This document shows positions 25,408-39,802 of a stretch of DNA of 64,000 nucleotides, piece by piece. The notes beneath the pieces were generated by a model. That model did not search any database. It saw only the letters and a list, made by a program, of their open reading frames with translations, and was not told where the DNA came from. How positions within the stretch are numbered: the first letter of the stretch is position 1; every line of letters begins with the position of its first letter. Origin of the DNA: Octopus vulgaris (taxonomy: Eukaryota); NCBI GenBank assembly GCA_951406725.2, contig OX597822.1:67456001-67520000 (forward strand), written 5' to 3'. A program made the position numbers and the translations under genes.

Positions 25408-25856
25408 GGCGGTGAGCTGGCAGAAACGTTAGCACGCCGGGCGAAATGCTTAGCTGTATTTCGTCTGTCTCTACGTCCTGAGTTCAAATTCCACCGAGGT
25501 CGATTTTGCCTTTCATCCTTTCGAGGTCAATAAATTAAGGACCAGTAACCACTGGGGTCGATGTAATCGACTTAATCCGTTTGTCTGTCCTTGTTTGTCC
25601 TCTCTATGTTTAGCTCCTTGTGGTTAGTAAAGAAATAGGTATTTCGTCTGCCGTTACGTTCTGAGTTCAAATTCCGCCGAGGTCGACTTTGCCTTTCATT
25701 CTTTCGGGGTCGATTAAATAAGTACCAGTTACGCACTGGGGTCGATATAATTGACTTAATCCGTTTGTCTGTCCTTGCTTGTCCTCTCTGTGTTTAGCCC
25801 CTTGTGTGTAGTAAAGAAATAGGTAATTCGTCTGCGGCTACGTTCTGAGTTCAAAT
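25408..25856 (+). mobile_element. SINE family A tandem array (2 full units + start of a third)
   Basis: Head ggcggtgagctggcagaaacgttagc, B box gagttcaaattcc; unit junctions aagaaata|ggta at 25637/8 and 25821/2. Confidence 0.92.
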
Positions 25857-26705
25857 GGAACGAGAAAAATGAAATGAAAGCAAGAAAATCTAAGATCCTT
25901 GTCCTGAAATATTTATGTACATGTGGATGTTTTCTGATTGTGATGGCGAAATGGATATGAATATACGGACATATTTTGTTGGAACCCATTATAATAAAAG
26001 CAATAAGTGGATAATTTTTAGCAGAAAGCATCGGACAACTATGCAGGTGTAAGAGTTTTCATTTAGAAAAGCCATATGCATATCATATCAGCACCAATAT
26101 CCGATTTAACTTGGTTAACAACGTACCTTTGATATTTGTGCAACATTAATTCAATTTACACCAAAGTAACATCCTCTTCTTCACATTACCATCAAGCCAG
26201 TAAAAGACTTCTGCAGACTAAACGGAACATCATAATACGTCTGCAATATTCTGTTATTCTAAGTCTTCAATGCAAATCGTCAACAAATGATGCAAACGTG
26301 GATCTAACGAATTCAAGCTTAATGAAATTTTCAGTTTCAAACTTTCCGGCAGAACGAATGAAATTACGCAACTTTTCTTTCGTCGTTGTGCTGCCATTAA
26401 TGTGCTCGCAGTATTTTCATTATGTATGTTCGTGTATGAGTTAGTGTATGGTGTGCGTGTGTCTTGTGTGTCTCCGAACATGTATATCTGTGCCCACGCA
26501 TGTCTACATGGTTATCTTTTCTTATCCGTTTACTTGTTTCAATCATTGGATTGCAGCCTTGATGTGGCACTGTCATTAAGAGATTTTAGTGGAACAAATT
26601 AACCCCAGTACCTATTTAGGTAAATCTCATATGGGAACCGGTATTAAGAAAGGATAAGAAAATATTAGATTTATAAACCCGAAGGTTCGCTCCATAATTG
26701 CCCGC

Positions 26706-26776
26706 GGGCATATGGCGTAGTGGTTAAAAGCACAGTCTACGAACCCTAAGGTTCCGAGTTCGATTCAGTGACCTGA

Positions 26777-26810
<34 letters not shown>

Positions 26811-27320
26811 AGGGACTAATTGCTACCTAACTCAGATACCAGGAAACCCCAAAATGGCAGAAATTCAAAAGATAGTGCTCATGGGAACTGCTCATATCAT
26901 ACGCAAAATACTCTCTATGTAATCCCAAGGTTTAAAACAAACTTTTTTATTTATTTATTTATTTATTTATTTTATTTTATTTTATTTTTTTTATTTTATT
27001 TTTATGTATTAGACATTCACTAGTACAACACCAAAAAAAAAAAAAAATCCAAATATATGGCACAGAACTTCCAACCTGTTGTCTCTTGAGGTCTCTGGGT
27101 GAGACTTGGAGCCAACTTGTACAGACATAAAGCAAAAGTCAAACATAGAATAATAATAATAATAATTATAATAACAAAAACAACAACATCGAAAATTACC
27201 TTAGGAATGAGGACTCAAGTCACCTGATGAAAGCTGGAGGGTATATCAGCCGAAACGTTGTCTTAACAACAAACAAGATGAGGACAAATATCCCTCAAAT
27301 GTAAATAATGTAAAATAATG
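26706..27320 (+). mobile_element. SINE family E interrupted in its (AAT)n by a Dong-like 3' fragment
   Basis: tRNA-like head 26706-26775; resumes with aacatcgaaaattaccttaggaatgag at ~27185; hammerhead motif 27221-27264. Confidence 0.85.
26811..27149 (+). mobile_element. R4/Dong-like LINE 3' fragment
   Basis: GTNCYLTQIPGNPKMAEIQKIVLMGTAHIIRKILSM* then 3' UTR; (AAT)n on both sides. Confidence 0.8.
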
Positions 27321-27329
27321 TCTCTTTGT

Positions 27330-28072
27330 ATTCTATCGCGGTCTTTGGCCGAACTTGTAAGTTATGTTAACGTAAATAAACCGACACCAGATTTCAAATG
27401 CTGGAATAGGGGACAAATGCACACAAAGACAAATATATGCACACAAGCATATTAAAGGCTTCTACATAGTTTCCGCCTACAAATTCCACCTATAAGGCAT
27501 TGATCAGTTCTGGGCTACATTAGAAGATACCTGCCCAATGTGCCGTGCTTTCGATGGTTTGAAGAAGCTTGCTCGTAATTTATGAAAATATCATTTGATT
27601 TTTACTTGTTTCAGTCATTAGCGTGTGGCCATGCTGGGGCACATTCTTGAAGAAATTTAGTCAAATGGATCGACCCCAGCACTTTTACCGAACCGCTAAT
27701 TACGCGAACATAAACACACACACACACGCACGCACGCATCACACACAGACATGTATTCTTTCATTCTTTCATTGTTTTCTTCTTTTACTAGAGCACCACC
27801 TATAGTCAAACAAATCGGCCCCAGAACGTAATCTTTGTACGTCTAGTACTTATTCTATCGAGTCTCTTTTGCCGAACCGCTAAGTTACGGGAACGTAAAC
27901 ATACAAGCATCGGTTGTCAAGCGATGTTGGGTGGGGACAAACACAGACACAGACACACACACACACACACATACGCACATACCAATGTGACACGCAGTGG
28001 GACTGAACCCGGAACCATGTGGTTAGTAAGCAAACTACTTAACACACAGCCAATTCTGCACTTGTGGTATAC

Positions 28073-28108
<36 letters not shown>

Positions 28109-28526
28109 ATGTATATATATATATATATATATTACTCTTTTACTCTTTTACTTGTTTCAGTCATTTGACTGCGGCCATGCTGGAGCACCGCCTTTAGTCG
28201 AGCAAATCGACCCCGGGACTTATTCTTTGTAAGCCCAGTACTTACTCTATCGGTCTCTTTTGCCGAACCGCTAGGTGACGGGGACACAAACACACCAGCA
28301 TCGGTTGTCAAGCAATGCTAGGGGGACACACAAACACACACACACATATATAAATATATATACATATATACGACAGGCTTCTTTCAGTTTCCGTCTACCA
28401 AATCCACTCACAAGGCATTGGTCGGCCCGGGGCCACAGCAGAAGACACTTGCCCAAGATGCCACGCAGTGGGACTGAACCCGGAACCATGTGGTTGGTTA
28501 GCAAGCTACTTACCACACAGCCACTC
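27330..28526 (-). mobile_element. Cluster of SINE family B copies (most complete 28132-28526)
   Basis: Repeated cttgtttcagtcat...ggccatgctgg tails and gtgggactgaacccggaaccatgtgg heads. Confidence 0.85.
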
Positions 28527-28544
28527 ATATATATATATACATAC

Positions 28545-28581
<37 letters not shown>

Positions 28582-28597
28582 TATAATCAAGCTATTT

Positions 28598-28725
<128 letters not shown>

Positions 28726-29312
28726 AATTGTATACGTGCATGTGTGCCGGTGTCGGGTTCTGTCAGTTTCAGTGTACCAAATCCATTCCCCAGGCTTTGG
28801 CCAGCCCATTTAGAATGTGCCACCTTTGGTTGGGAAGCAAACGCCTTACCCACACTGCCACACTTGCGCCGCGCAAATGATTTAAAGACGAGTGTATATA
28901 TATTTGCGTGTGTTTGTATGTATGGTTACTTCTACTGGGATGTCTGAATCATAGAGTTATATAGACATTAAAATAGGTAGACGAATACGTGATGATGTTA
29001 TATTATTTTGGGAAAGGATGACATGCAACAACTTCCTATATACGTTTTTTTGTTGCGCGATGAAAATCAAATCCCGTTTGATACATACATACATACATAC
29101 ATACATACATACATACATACATGTATATATATGCATGCATATAGATACATACGCATAATATATATATATATACATCATATAATTTACAAATATGTAATAT
29201 ACAAATAAATATCTGTAAATATAAAACCATCCGGTTTTCTGAGTACCTCATTTCTTTTAATATATAATACCTGTACATCATCTCCAAACCTTCCAATATA
29301 TATATATGTATA

Positions 29313-29372
<60 letters not shown>

Positions 29373-29404
29373 TATATGTGTCTTTGAATGCATGTAAATG
29401 TGTT

Positions 29405-29444
<40 letters not shown>

Positions 29445-30256
29445 TATACGTGACTGTGAATGCATGTATGTGTTTATATATATATATATATAAAATAAAT
29501 ATATATATATACGTATACGTGTCTGTAAATGCAAATATGTGCTTACATATATATATATATATTTATTTATATTTATATATGTGTGTGTGTATGTATATGT
29601 GTGTATGCGAAGATATGATATTTATTTTTTACGAATCCAACAAAAACATAGAGAAAGCAAAAAATACACCGTACAAACGAAAGGGAACCAGCTTAGACAG
29701 TTATTAAATAGACAAGCAAAAAAATGGCATATGAAAAGGGGAAAAAAACTTGTTTTATTTCCTCCTGCAGCTATATTCAGTGTTCTCGCTTTATATATGC
29801 TAGTAATGGACAGTAACCCTGAAAGACTCCTCGTTCGTGAAGGTCAATAACCTCCAAATCATTATATGTCATCATACGCTAATTTTATATACTCGCATAT
29901 GCGCAATCGCAAAGCATGAAGTTATGTTCACACACACACGCATACTCTCACAAACATAAAAACACACACACACACACACGGACGCACTCACATACATATA
30001 CGCGCATGCAGACACATATACGCGCACGCACACACATAAAGAGCTAGATAGATAGATTGATATACATTTGTCTGCAGCACAGTATGTGTATATAGTTTCA
30101 CATGCTTATACGAGTGCGTATGTGTGTGGCTTTGAGTGTGTGTGTATATATATATATTATATATTTACCTACATATATATATATTATTCATATATGCATA
30201 TTTTATATAAATACATACACAAGTATGCATACATATACTTATATTATAAACACGTC

Positions 30257-30297
<41 letters not shown>

Positions 30298-30421
30298 TAC
30301 GTATTTACATTTATACACACATGTATGCACATCTGTTTTTTTGTGTATATGTTCTATTAATATTTATAGTTTTATTGCCATTGGCTTTTAACATATATAT
30401 AAATGTATGTTTATGTCTGTT

Positions 30422-30496
<75 letters not shown>

Positions 30497-30567
30497 GTTA
30501 TATATATATATATATATCACACAGAGAGGGAAAGGGAAACACAGCGAGCGATATAGATTAAGGACCT

Positions 30568-30613
<46 letters not shown>

Positions 30614-31254
30614 CATATTTTTTTCTTCTAATTTTTTTTCTTCTGAGTCCGAATGTCCGTCCATCTAAAGTATATATTTGGGATTGATGGCGTAAGTCCC
30701 GAATAACATTATTTTTTTTTTTTTTCTCGAAAACCAGTAGAATATAGCCGACATTACTTTTTATAGATATATTAACCAGATTATCAAAAGACGGGAACTT
30801 GAAAGAGAAAAATACATAGGAAACTGAAAATATGTGTTTGAAAGAATCAATCTCATCTGATATATATTCAATAATGCTTGACTTTGTCTATTTACCATTA
30901 TTTTAGTTTTTGCTTTTTTTTTTTCTATGTTTAGAATATATAATATTTTCTTTGAGGAATTGTTTGCGAACTCCTAAATATTGACTAAAAATATTAAGGT
31001 CTACGGAATCATTACAAGTGTTCAATGAGATATCAATCATCCAGAGGAATCCAGCGGGAGATGGCCGGAAAGAAGAATTCTGAGTAATGGCGTCCACTTT
31101 CAGACGATGATCGTGATCCTCGTTTAGATTCCAAGTTCGCTGAAAAGATTTAGCAATGAACCAGGAAGTACAGATCTCATTAGATCGTAGGAGCACCAAG
31201 ACAGATTTCATCTTGCTTTAATATATCTGCAAATATATGCATGCACATGCGTCT

Positions 31255-31299
<45 letters not shown>

Positions 31300-31454
31300 T
31301 ACATATACATATACATATATATATACTTATCCATACGCACACATGTACTCACACATATATGTGTCAAAGTACAGACAGACAAGCAGATAGATAGATAAGA
31401 ACAAAAAACACATAAATCATACATATATATGCTTATATACACACACATTCATAA

Positions 31455-31493
<39 letters not shown>

Positions 31494-31565
31494 TATATAT
31501 ATATATATATATATCTGTATAAATATGTGTTTATGTGTGTATTCATATCTAGATATGCATATATA

Positions 31566-31633
<68 letters not shown>

Positions 31634-31921
31634 AACGAGTTTGGATTAATATTATTTGAGATATATAAAAATATATTTCAATAGTTGTAGTTTCTACTTA
31701 ATTATTTTGTCCGTTGTGCTTTTGTTCTTTTTTAATTGTAATTGCTATGTAGTTCAAAAGTTAACACTCAAGCGCCTAATACATAGGTATTTGGATTAAC
31801 TTTTTTACAATGCAGCCGTCTTTCATACGGAATTTCATCTGTCTTTTTTAGTTTTTGATAGACTTTCATTTCGACATTTTAACTTTTGTTTGTGAATTAT
31901 TATTTTGTTTCGGCTATTAAC

Positions 31922-33472
31922 ATGGCAACTGTGAAATCCGCTTTGGAGTGGTAAATTCTGGCCTCCAAAGAATGGTTAAAAAATTACACGGAGAGAACGG
32001 TGGTGTTAAGGACCTCTTCCAGAGTCCCTGACACCATCAAGGTCTTCTCCGATGAAGAAATTGAGGAGGAGTTGGCAGATTATCTGCCAACTGTTAAGTT
32101 TATCCGCAGGGGTGCGAAGTACAGAACTGTGTGTGTACTTTTTAACACCCCTGCGGAAGCTCGTGGTTTTGCGACCACACCTTGGGGAGGGGGGAGAAAA
32201 TTTTGTTTCTCCCTACTTATGGCGGTAGAGGGTTGACAAGAGCCTGGGTGTGTGGGCTGCCACCCGGTATAGAGGCCGAATGGATAGAAGACACTATCCG
32301 TCGGGGCCTGAGTGGCTCTTAAACCTAAAAAGGATGCCTGCGGTCGATTGGGTCAGGTCAAAAGCAATTTTGACCCTAGGGGCCCAATCGGCTGAAGATC
32401 TGGTTTTACCAGATATTTTAACAATGGCCGATTCCAGGTACCCGGTGATGGTTGAGGGACCCCGCGATGTGTCACCTGTGCCCGGAATCGAGCCACATAA
32501 GGAAGAACTGCCTCCGGGACCAGGCAAACTTCCTGGAACAGTTAATCAATGAAGAACTCCTTGTTCCCTCAACGGAGCCCCCACCTCCTTCATTGGAGTG
32601 AGAGAGGAAGAAAGTTGAGGAGGAGGTAACACCCTCGAAAAAAGGAACAAGAAGAAAGAAAATGGGCAACAATGGTTGCCCACCGATGGATCCCGAGGCG
32701 GCGGGAGGGAAGGAGGGATCTACGGACATACCGTAGGAACCTCACACTCACGCCGGGAAAAAGGGCAAAAAAAGAAAAAAAGAAGAACGAGGCATCGCCG
32801 GCGGTGACATGGCCCGAAACCCCTTTGGTGGGATTGCCACCGGAGGGAGAGAAGATGGAAACCTCGTCGGTGCGATGTGTGCCACCGAGAGAGGGAGTGG
32901 AGGCCTCTCCCGATGTAAGTGTGGGAAGATATGTGTTCTTGTATCGCAGTGGAGGGGCCACTGATAATTATGTGGAAAATGTCTTTCAGAGTCAGGTACT
33001 AATGGAACCGACTTTTATGGACAGACCAGATTGGCCTCAGCAGGTGGCTGCTCTGTTCCTGGGAAAAAATGATTTATTTCATACATCAGGCTCCTTCCCG
33101 AGGCAGGATTATAGATTACTTTATTGGTACCCCGACTTGCGGATACAAGAGTCCCTGCAGATCGCAAGAGAATTAATCGGAGACTTGAAGTAAGAAGTTC
33201 ATCGCCTCAATATGTGTCTTATGTTTTAAATTGTAATGGACTTCGTAGTCCAAATAATTGTATAATTTTGTAAATTGTAAGAGGGTTATTACCTCTAGAT
33301 GTGTCTTTTTAAAAGAACACTGTTATAGAGAAGCAGAGGTCGGTGGGCGTTTTCTGTCTTCTCCCATCCTTATCATCCTTGCATCGTTATCATTCATTTC
33401 ATCAGTGTCTTGTCCAGCCCGCAAGCTACCTTACTCTATGTACTGCCTTTATGGCAAATTTGGTAAAATAAA
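31922..33472 (+). mobile_element. Retroelement ORF1/gag-like pseudo-ORF with CCHC zinc knuckle (L1/Tx1-like ORF1), no ORF2
   Basis: GC-richer block; ATG 31922, broken frames to stop 33193; CHLCPESSHIRKNC (CX2CX4HX4C) at 32470-32511; basic/acidic low-complexity stretch; AATAAA at 33467-33472. Confidence 0.65.
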
Positions 33473-33613
33473 GTAGCTTGCTTATCAACCACATGGTTCT
33501 GGGTTCAGTACCACTGCCTGGCACCTTGGGCAAGTGTCTTCTACTATAGCCTCGGGCCAACCAAAGCCTTGTGAGTGGATTTTGTGGACAGAAACTGAAA
33601 GAAGCCTGTCGTA

Positions 33614-33704
<91 letters not shown>

Positions 33705-33915
33705 ATATATTTTTGTGTCTGTGTTTGTCCCCCAACATCGCTTGACAACCGATGCTGGTGTGTTTACGTCCCCTTATCTTAGCGGTTCGGCAAAAAGAGA
33801 TCGATAGAATAAGTACTAGGCTTACAAAGAATAAGTCCTGGGGTCGATTTATTCGACTAAAGGCGGGTGCTCCAGCATGGCCGCAGTCAAATGATTGAAA
33901 CAACTAAAAGAGTAT
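33473..33915 (+). mobile_element. SINE family B (head truncated at gtagcttgc)
   Basis: Family B head, internal TA/TG tract, tail ggcgggtgctccagcatggccgcagtcaaatgattgaaac. Confidence 0.9.
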
Positions 33916-35535
33916 AATAGATGCAATAAACCAATGGAAAAGAACGACGATATTTTCTTCGGTCATAAGTGGCAATTAAGGCTGACCCCTGGGTGACCCA
34001 AAAGTAGTCGAGTACGAAATTCTTAATTCATTTTTTACATTTCCAAATCATTTTTATAAGTTTGTTCTAAATTTCGATGCTTAATTTCAGACTTGTAATT
34101 AGTCCTTATTTCATATGTTCTAAGTAATATAAAGCTTTAATTTCATAAGTCCCAAAATACGCTGATGGTTGAAAAAAATTGCGAATGTGTATATCGATTG
34201 ATGGATGCATGGGCGACAACAAAATACGTCTGCGTATCACATGTAATACAGATGATAGGCATAGCTAATGCTGGCCTTTGTAAATGACCTGCAGTATTAA
34301 TTATGTAAGAGTATAACGTGACCGGCATCGATAAGTTCAAATCCCTTAGAAGCCATCTTGAAAAATTTGTGCACAACGCTAATGCCGTTAGGGAAAGCAC
34401 GAATGTTAGAGAATCTCATTTCTTTTCCGCTTCTATGGAGGAAGACTTGTGGCTACATAAGGAATATCTAATTTCAACAAGTGAGAAGCTAGATTGCCTT
34501 TTATCATTGCTTTATATCATAGTAATATTTTCCGTATTATTTTCTCTTTATATTTAGAATATTTACTATATTGTTCAGCGTAATTTTCGCTTTAAACTTT
34601 AAGATTTGCTCTTTTTTTTTTCCATTTCTTAAAGTCATTTCATGACAGTTGGTTCTGACAGAATTGTAATATAAGGCACATTTTAAAAACAGCAATCTTT
34701 CGTAGCACGATCTTTAAAATTTCCATCTTATAATCGCTTGCAGCAACAATCTCTGGCCATTATATAACTTCCAATTTACACAATTGAACATTGATGAACA
34801 TACCAATACTTAGATAGGAAACGGATTTATTATCTATCAGGTATATCGCAGTATATCACCTTCTCCTCCTCTCGTTGCAATTATCAGTATTCTTTAGCTC
34901 TGTTCCAGGTAACATCCGGTTGCTTCGTTACTGTCGAAAGACACGTGATTAGAATTGTGGTAACAGAAATGTTATTACCAGGTGACATTTCAAAAGCAAA
35001 ACAAAACTTCCTCCGTTATATGATTTCATAATTCCTATCACGATACTATTCATATACCAAAATGTGTGTAATACATACATACATATATACAATAATGAAT
35101 GCATGTCCGAATGCCCGAATCTATCTACATATCTATATATCTATCTATCTATTTATTTCTGTATCTATTTAACTATCTACCCATATATGTACATGTATAT
35201 GTGTACGTACATAAACACACACACACACGCACACACACACACACATATATATATATTGTGTATGTATATATTTACACATATATATATATATAAATATATT
35301 TATATATGTATATATATATATATTTATTTCCACACACATACACGCATACATATATACATACATGCTTGCATACATACATCAATGAATGCATGTCGGAATA
35401 CATGAACCTACATATCTATGTATCCATCTATCTCTTTATTTCTGTATTTAAGTATCTACCTATTCATCCATATACATATATATGTATACATATATACACA
35501 CAAACACACGCACACACGTATATATATATATGGTG

Positions 35536-35569
<34 letters not shown>

Positions 35570-35790
35570 CATATATATACATACATACACGCATACATAT
35601 ATACACACATGCATACATACATATACATGTAATAATCCTTATGTACATTGAATGAATAAATGCAGAAATTCATAAATCCGTCTTGCTATCCATATATATA
35701 TATATATATATAGAGGGTAAAATTAATTAATAATTAAAAATTTTACTCTGAGTAACAGCTTTTGTTATATTTCTGATGCTTTTAAATAAA

Positions 35791-35833
<43 letters not shown>

Positions 35834-35944
35834 ATCCAAACAAGAAAACACAGAAAAAAGGAGAAAAAAAGGAGAAAAAACACAGCAACGCAGGACGTGG
35901 AACAATTAAAGTATTATTGACGCTCAGGAAAGAAGGGAAGGAGG

Positions 35945-35979
35945 GTTTAACGTTTCGAGCGGAGCTCTTCGTCGGAAAC
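35945..35979 (-). ncRNA. Minimal type I hammerhead-like motif in a Penelope-like terminal repeat
   Basis: Minus strand gttt-CCGACGA-a-gagc-tcc-gctc-GAAAC-GTT-aaac; U4 replaced by C. Confidence 0.55.
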
Positions 35980-36299
35980 AAGGAGAAGGAAAGATCCCAA
36001 AGAAGGAAGACAGAGGAGAAAATATTTGAGCTCGTGGTGCTTAAGAGATCACATGTTGAAAGAACAGAATTTGAAGGTAGTTGAAATATGGTTTTATAAT
36101 GCAAGAGAGTTCCAAAAAAAGGAATGCCTGTGTGTGTGTGTGTGTGTGCAAGATGACAAGTGTGTTTGTGCGTGCGTGTGTGTGTGTGTGTATTTTTGGT
36201 GAATAAAAGCAATGACAAAGCCAGCTGTGATGATGACTACTAGCTGTTTGTGTCAAGCCAGGTCAAAACCGGGTCAAAAAAAAACAAAGGGCTATATGT

Positions 36300-37982
36300 A
36301 TCATGTGTGTGTGTTGTTTGTAGTGTGTGTGTGTGTGTGTGCATGTGTGTGTTCGTGTGTGTATGCGTAGAGTGTGGGTGTGTGGCGAGAAACTGTTTAA
36401 CCTAGTACGTGTGTGCTTGTACGTGCGTGTGTGTGTGTAGGGATGTATATGTGGGTTCATTTGTGTGAGAGTGTATGTATGTACGTGTATGTGTGTGTGT
36501 GTATGTGTGCGTTTGTATGTGTTTGTGTGTATGTGTGCGTGGGCGGATAGGTGTATATTGTGTATGTATATCTGTCGGTGTGTATATGAATTTGTGTGTT
36601 TGTACGTGTGTATGTGTGTGTGAGTTTATAGTATATATATATATGTAAATGTGTGTGTGCGTGTGTGTGTACGTGCGTGCGAGTGAATGTATGTATATAT
36701 GTGTGCGTGTGTGTACAATGTAGGGGCTTATATGTGGGTTTATATGTGTGTGTGTACGTGTGTATGTGTGTGTATGTGTATGTATGTATGTATATGTATG
36801 CGTGTGTGTATGCATGTATGTGTGTATGTGTGTGTGTATGTATGTGTGTGTATGTATGTAAGTATGTGTGTATGTGTGTGTGTATGTGTGTATGTATGTA
36901 TGTATGTGTGTGTGTATGTATGTGTGTGTGTATGTATGCATGTACGTACGTATGTATGTATGTGTGTGTGTATGTGTGTAAGTGTGTGTGTATGTATGTA
37001 TGTACGTATGTGTGTATGTATTTTTGCATGTGTGTATGTGCGTGTCTGTACATATGTATGTTTATGTATGTGTGTGTATGTATGTATGTATTTATGTATG
37101 TAGTGTATGTGTGTGTGTGTGTATGTATGTATGTGTGCATGCGTGTATGTGTGCATGTGTGTGTATGTATGTATGTATATATATATATGTGTGTATGTGT
37201 GTGTGTATGTATGTATATGTGTGTGCATGTATGTGCGTATGTATGTATGTGTGTGTATGTGTGTGTATGTATGTATGTATGTATGTGTATGTGTGTAAGT
37301 TTGTGTGAATGTATGTATGTACGTGTGTGTATGTATGTGTGTATATGTATGTGTGTGTATGTATGTATGTGTGTGTATGTATATGTGCGTGCGTGTGTGT
37401 GTATGTGTGTGTATGTGTGTGTGTATGTATGTATGTATATGTATGTTTGTGTATGTATGTATCTATGTATGTATGTGTGTATATATGTATGTATGTGTGT
37501 ATGCGTGTGTGTATGTATGTATGCGTGTACGTGTGTAAGTGTGTATGTATGTGTGTGTATGTAAGTGTGTGTGTATGTATGTGTATGGGTGTATGTGTGT
37601 GTATGTATGTATGTATGTATATGTACGCGTGTGTGTATGTATGTCTGTGTGTATAGTATGTGTGTGTGTATGTATGTATGTGTGCATGCGTGTATGTGTG
37701 CATGTGTGTGTCTGTATGTATGTATGTATGTATGTATGTATATGTATGTGTGTGTATGTATATATGTGTCTATGTATGTATGTGTGTATGTGTGTATGTG
37801 TGTGTATGTGTATGTATGTATATGTATGCGTGTCTGTATGTATGTATGTGTGTATGTGTGTGTGTATGTGTGTATGTATGTATGTATGTATGTATGTGTG
37901 TATGTGTGTGCATATGTGTGTATGTATGTATGTATGTATGTATGTATGTATGTATGTATGTATGTATGTATGTATGTGTGTG
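36300..37982. repeat. ~1.7-kb mixed (TG)n/(TATG)n microsatellite field
   Basis: Direct reading; source of the long C/V/M/Y and H/T/Y ORFs. Confidence 0.95.
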
Positions 37983-38069
37983 TAAGACCAATGAAACAAA
38001 TCCATTTTTAAAGGTGTATCCTTTAACTAGTTTTGATTATATTGTTATACCTGTTCCATTTCAACAAAT

Positions 38070-38107
38070 CTGTCGGACGAACGGAAACGTGAAACTCCGA
38101 GTAACAG
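38070..38107 (+). ncRNA. Minimal type I hammerhead-like motif
   Basis: ctgt-CGGACGA-acg(gaaa)cgt-GAA-actc-c-gaGTA-acag; stems I, II and III pair; core position 4 is G instead of U. Confidence 0.55.
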
Positions 38108-38140
38108 TATTTGTTATATCTCTGTTGCTTTTAAATAAAG

Positions 38141-38181
<41 letters not shown>

Positions 38182-38221
38182 CGGCGAAACTCGATGTTTA
38201 ATCCATTCAATTGAAATAAAA

Positions 38222-38274
<53 letters not shown>

Positions 38275-38409
38275 ACGCATTTTACTCCATATCCGTTAAG
38301 CTACATTTCTATCCCTTCCCCCCCCCCCCATCTTCCTTATAAACATGGATTGACTGGCTTCCAAGTACTGATGGGCAAACAAAATATACAAGAACACATT
38401 TTTTAATAA

Positions 38410-38426
38410 AAATAATAATAATAATA

Positions 38427-38470
<44 letters not shown>

Positions 38471-38505
38471 TATTATTATCATTATTATTATTATTATTAT
38501 TATTA

Positions 38506-38560
<55 letters not shown>

Positions 38561-38673
38561 CATTATTATTATAATTATTATTATTATCATTACTATTATT
38601 ATTACCATTATTATTATTATCATTACTATTATTATTATCATTATTATTATCATTATCATTACTATTATTATTA

Positions 38674-38714
<41 letters not shown>

Positions 38715-38737
38715 GTTGTTGTTATTATTATTATTAT
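38410..38737. repeat. (ATT)n/(ATC)n microsatellite
   Basis: Direct reading. Confidence 0.95.
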
Positions 38738-39432
38738 TCTATACAAATATTTGCTGGGCCTGAAACGAAAAAAAAAACCCCAAATAGAATAGAATATAAA
38801 AAGAGACGAAAAAAATAAAGCGAGAAGGAAAAATATGTAACACCAATATAAAACTTATTTAAAATGTTGTCTTACTTATAGCAAATCAACACCCTGCGAT
38901 AGTAATCAATTTAGTTACATTCTCTATTTCCCTTATTCCCTAATTCCTTTATTCACCCACATCACTACCGCCTTCATTCCTTGGCCGACTAAATGCAACA
39001 AGATGCAGTCCTTACATTCCCTTCTTACCTTTTCAATTTTCTTTTTTTCCTTTTCTGGTGTTCCTATATCTTAAGGTACTTTAACAAATCTTAAATCCTT
39101 CTTTCGCAATTTCATCGCATTTAAAACTTACATCACTGCTTCTTCTTCCAGCTTCCGCTATTATCGACAAATTGATGGTAATGCTCACCAATTTTTATTT
39201 TGCTTTGAAGTAGGATCGAGGAACGAAATTTATCTTCTTTCCCTTCTTAATGCCTTTTCTTGCCTCTTGTTTTTTTTTTTATTTTTATTTCGTTTCGTTT
39301 TTGTTTTGTTTTGTTTTTGTTTTAATGTTGTGTTTCTCATGAGCTTCTAATCTGTTTTGCATGTATTTTGTTTGTTTTGTTTTGTTTTATATTTTGTAAT
39401 TGCGACTGCTTCGCAAGCAAATGCATTTTGTA

Positions 39433-39459
39433 AGTAGTAGTAGTAGTAGTAGTAGTAGC

Positions 39460-39502
<43 letters not shown>

Positions 39503-39704
39503 ATGGTGGTGGTGGTGGTGCTGGTGGTGGTGCTGGTGCTCGTGGTGGTGCTTTTAGTAGTAGTAATAGTAGTAGTAGTAGTAGTGCTGCTGCAAGGGCT
39601 GTTGGTGCAGGTGGTAGTAGTGGTATTGATGGTAGAGGTGGTGGTGGTGGTGGAGACAGGATCATCATCAACAAGTACAGCAGCAGCATCCGTAACAGCA
39701 GCCA

Positions 39705-39800
<96 letters not shown>
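39433..39800. repeat. (AGT)n/(GGT)n compound microsatellite
   Basis: Direct reading; explains the poly-S/G/V ORFs. Confidence 0.92.

Positions 39801-39802
<2 letters not shown>

Noticed and set aside
26120-26425. Complex-sequence segment with a donor-like aag|gtacgt on the minus strand
   Set aside because: Stops in all minus-strand frames and no recognisable family
30903-31211. 102-aa complex-sequence ORF
   Set aside because: No recognisable motif or splice support
36402-38214. Long ORFs (up to 303 aa) rich in C/V/M/Y or H/T/Y
   Set aside because: Translations of TG/TATG microsatellite that lacks stop codons; no coding complexity
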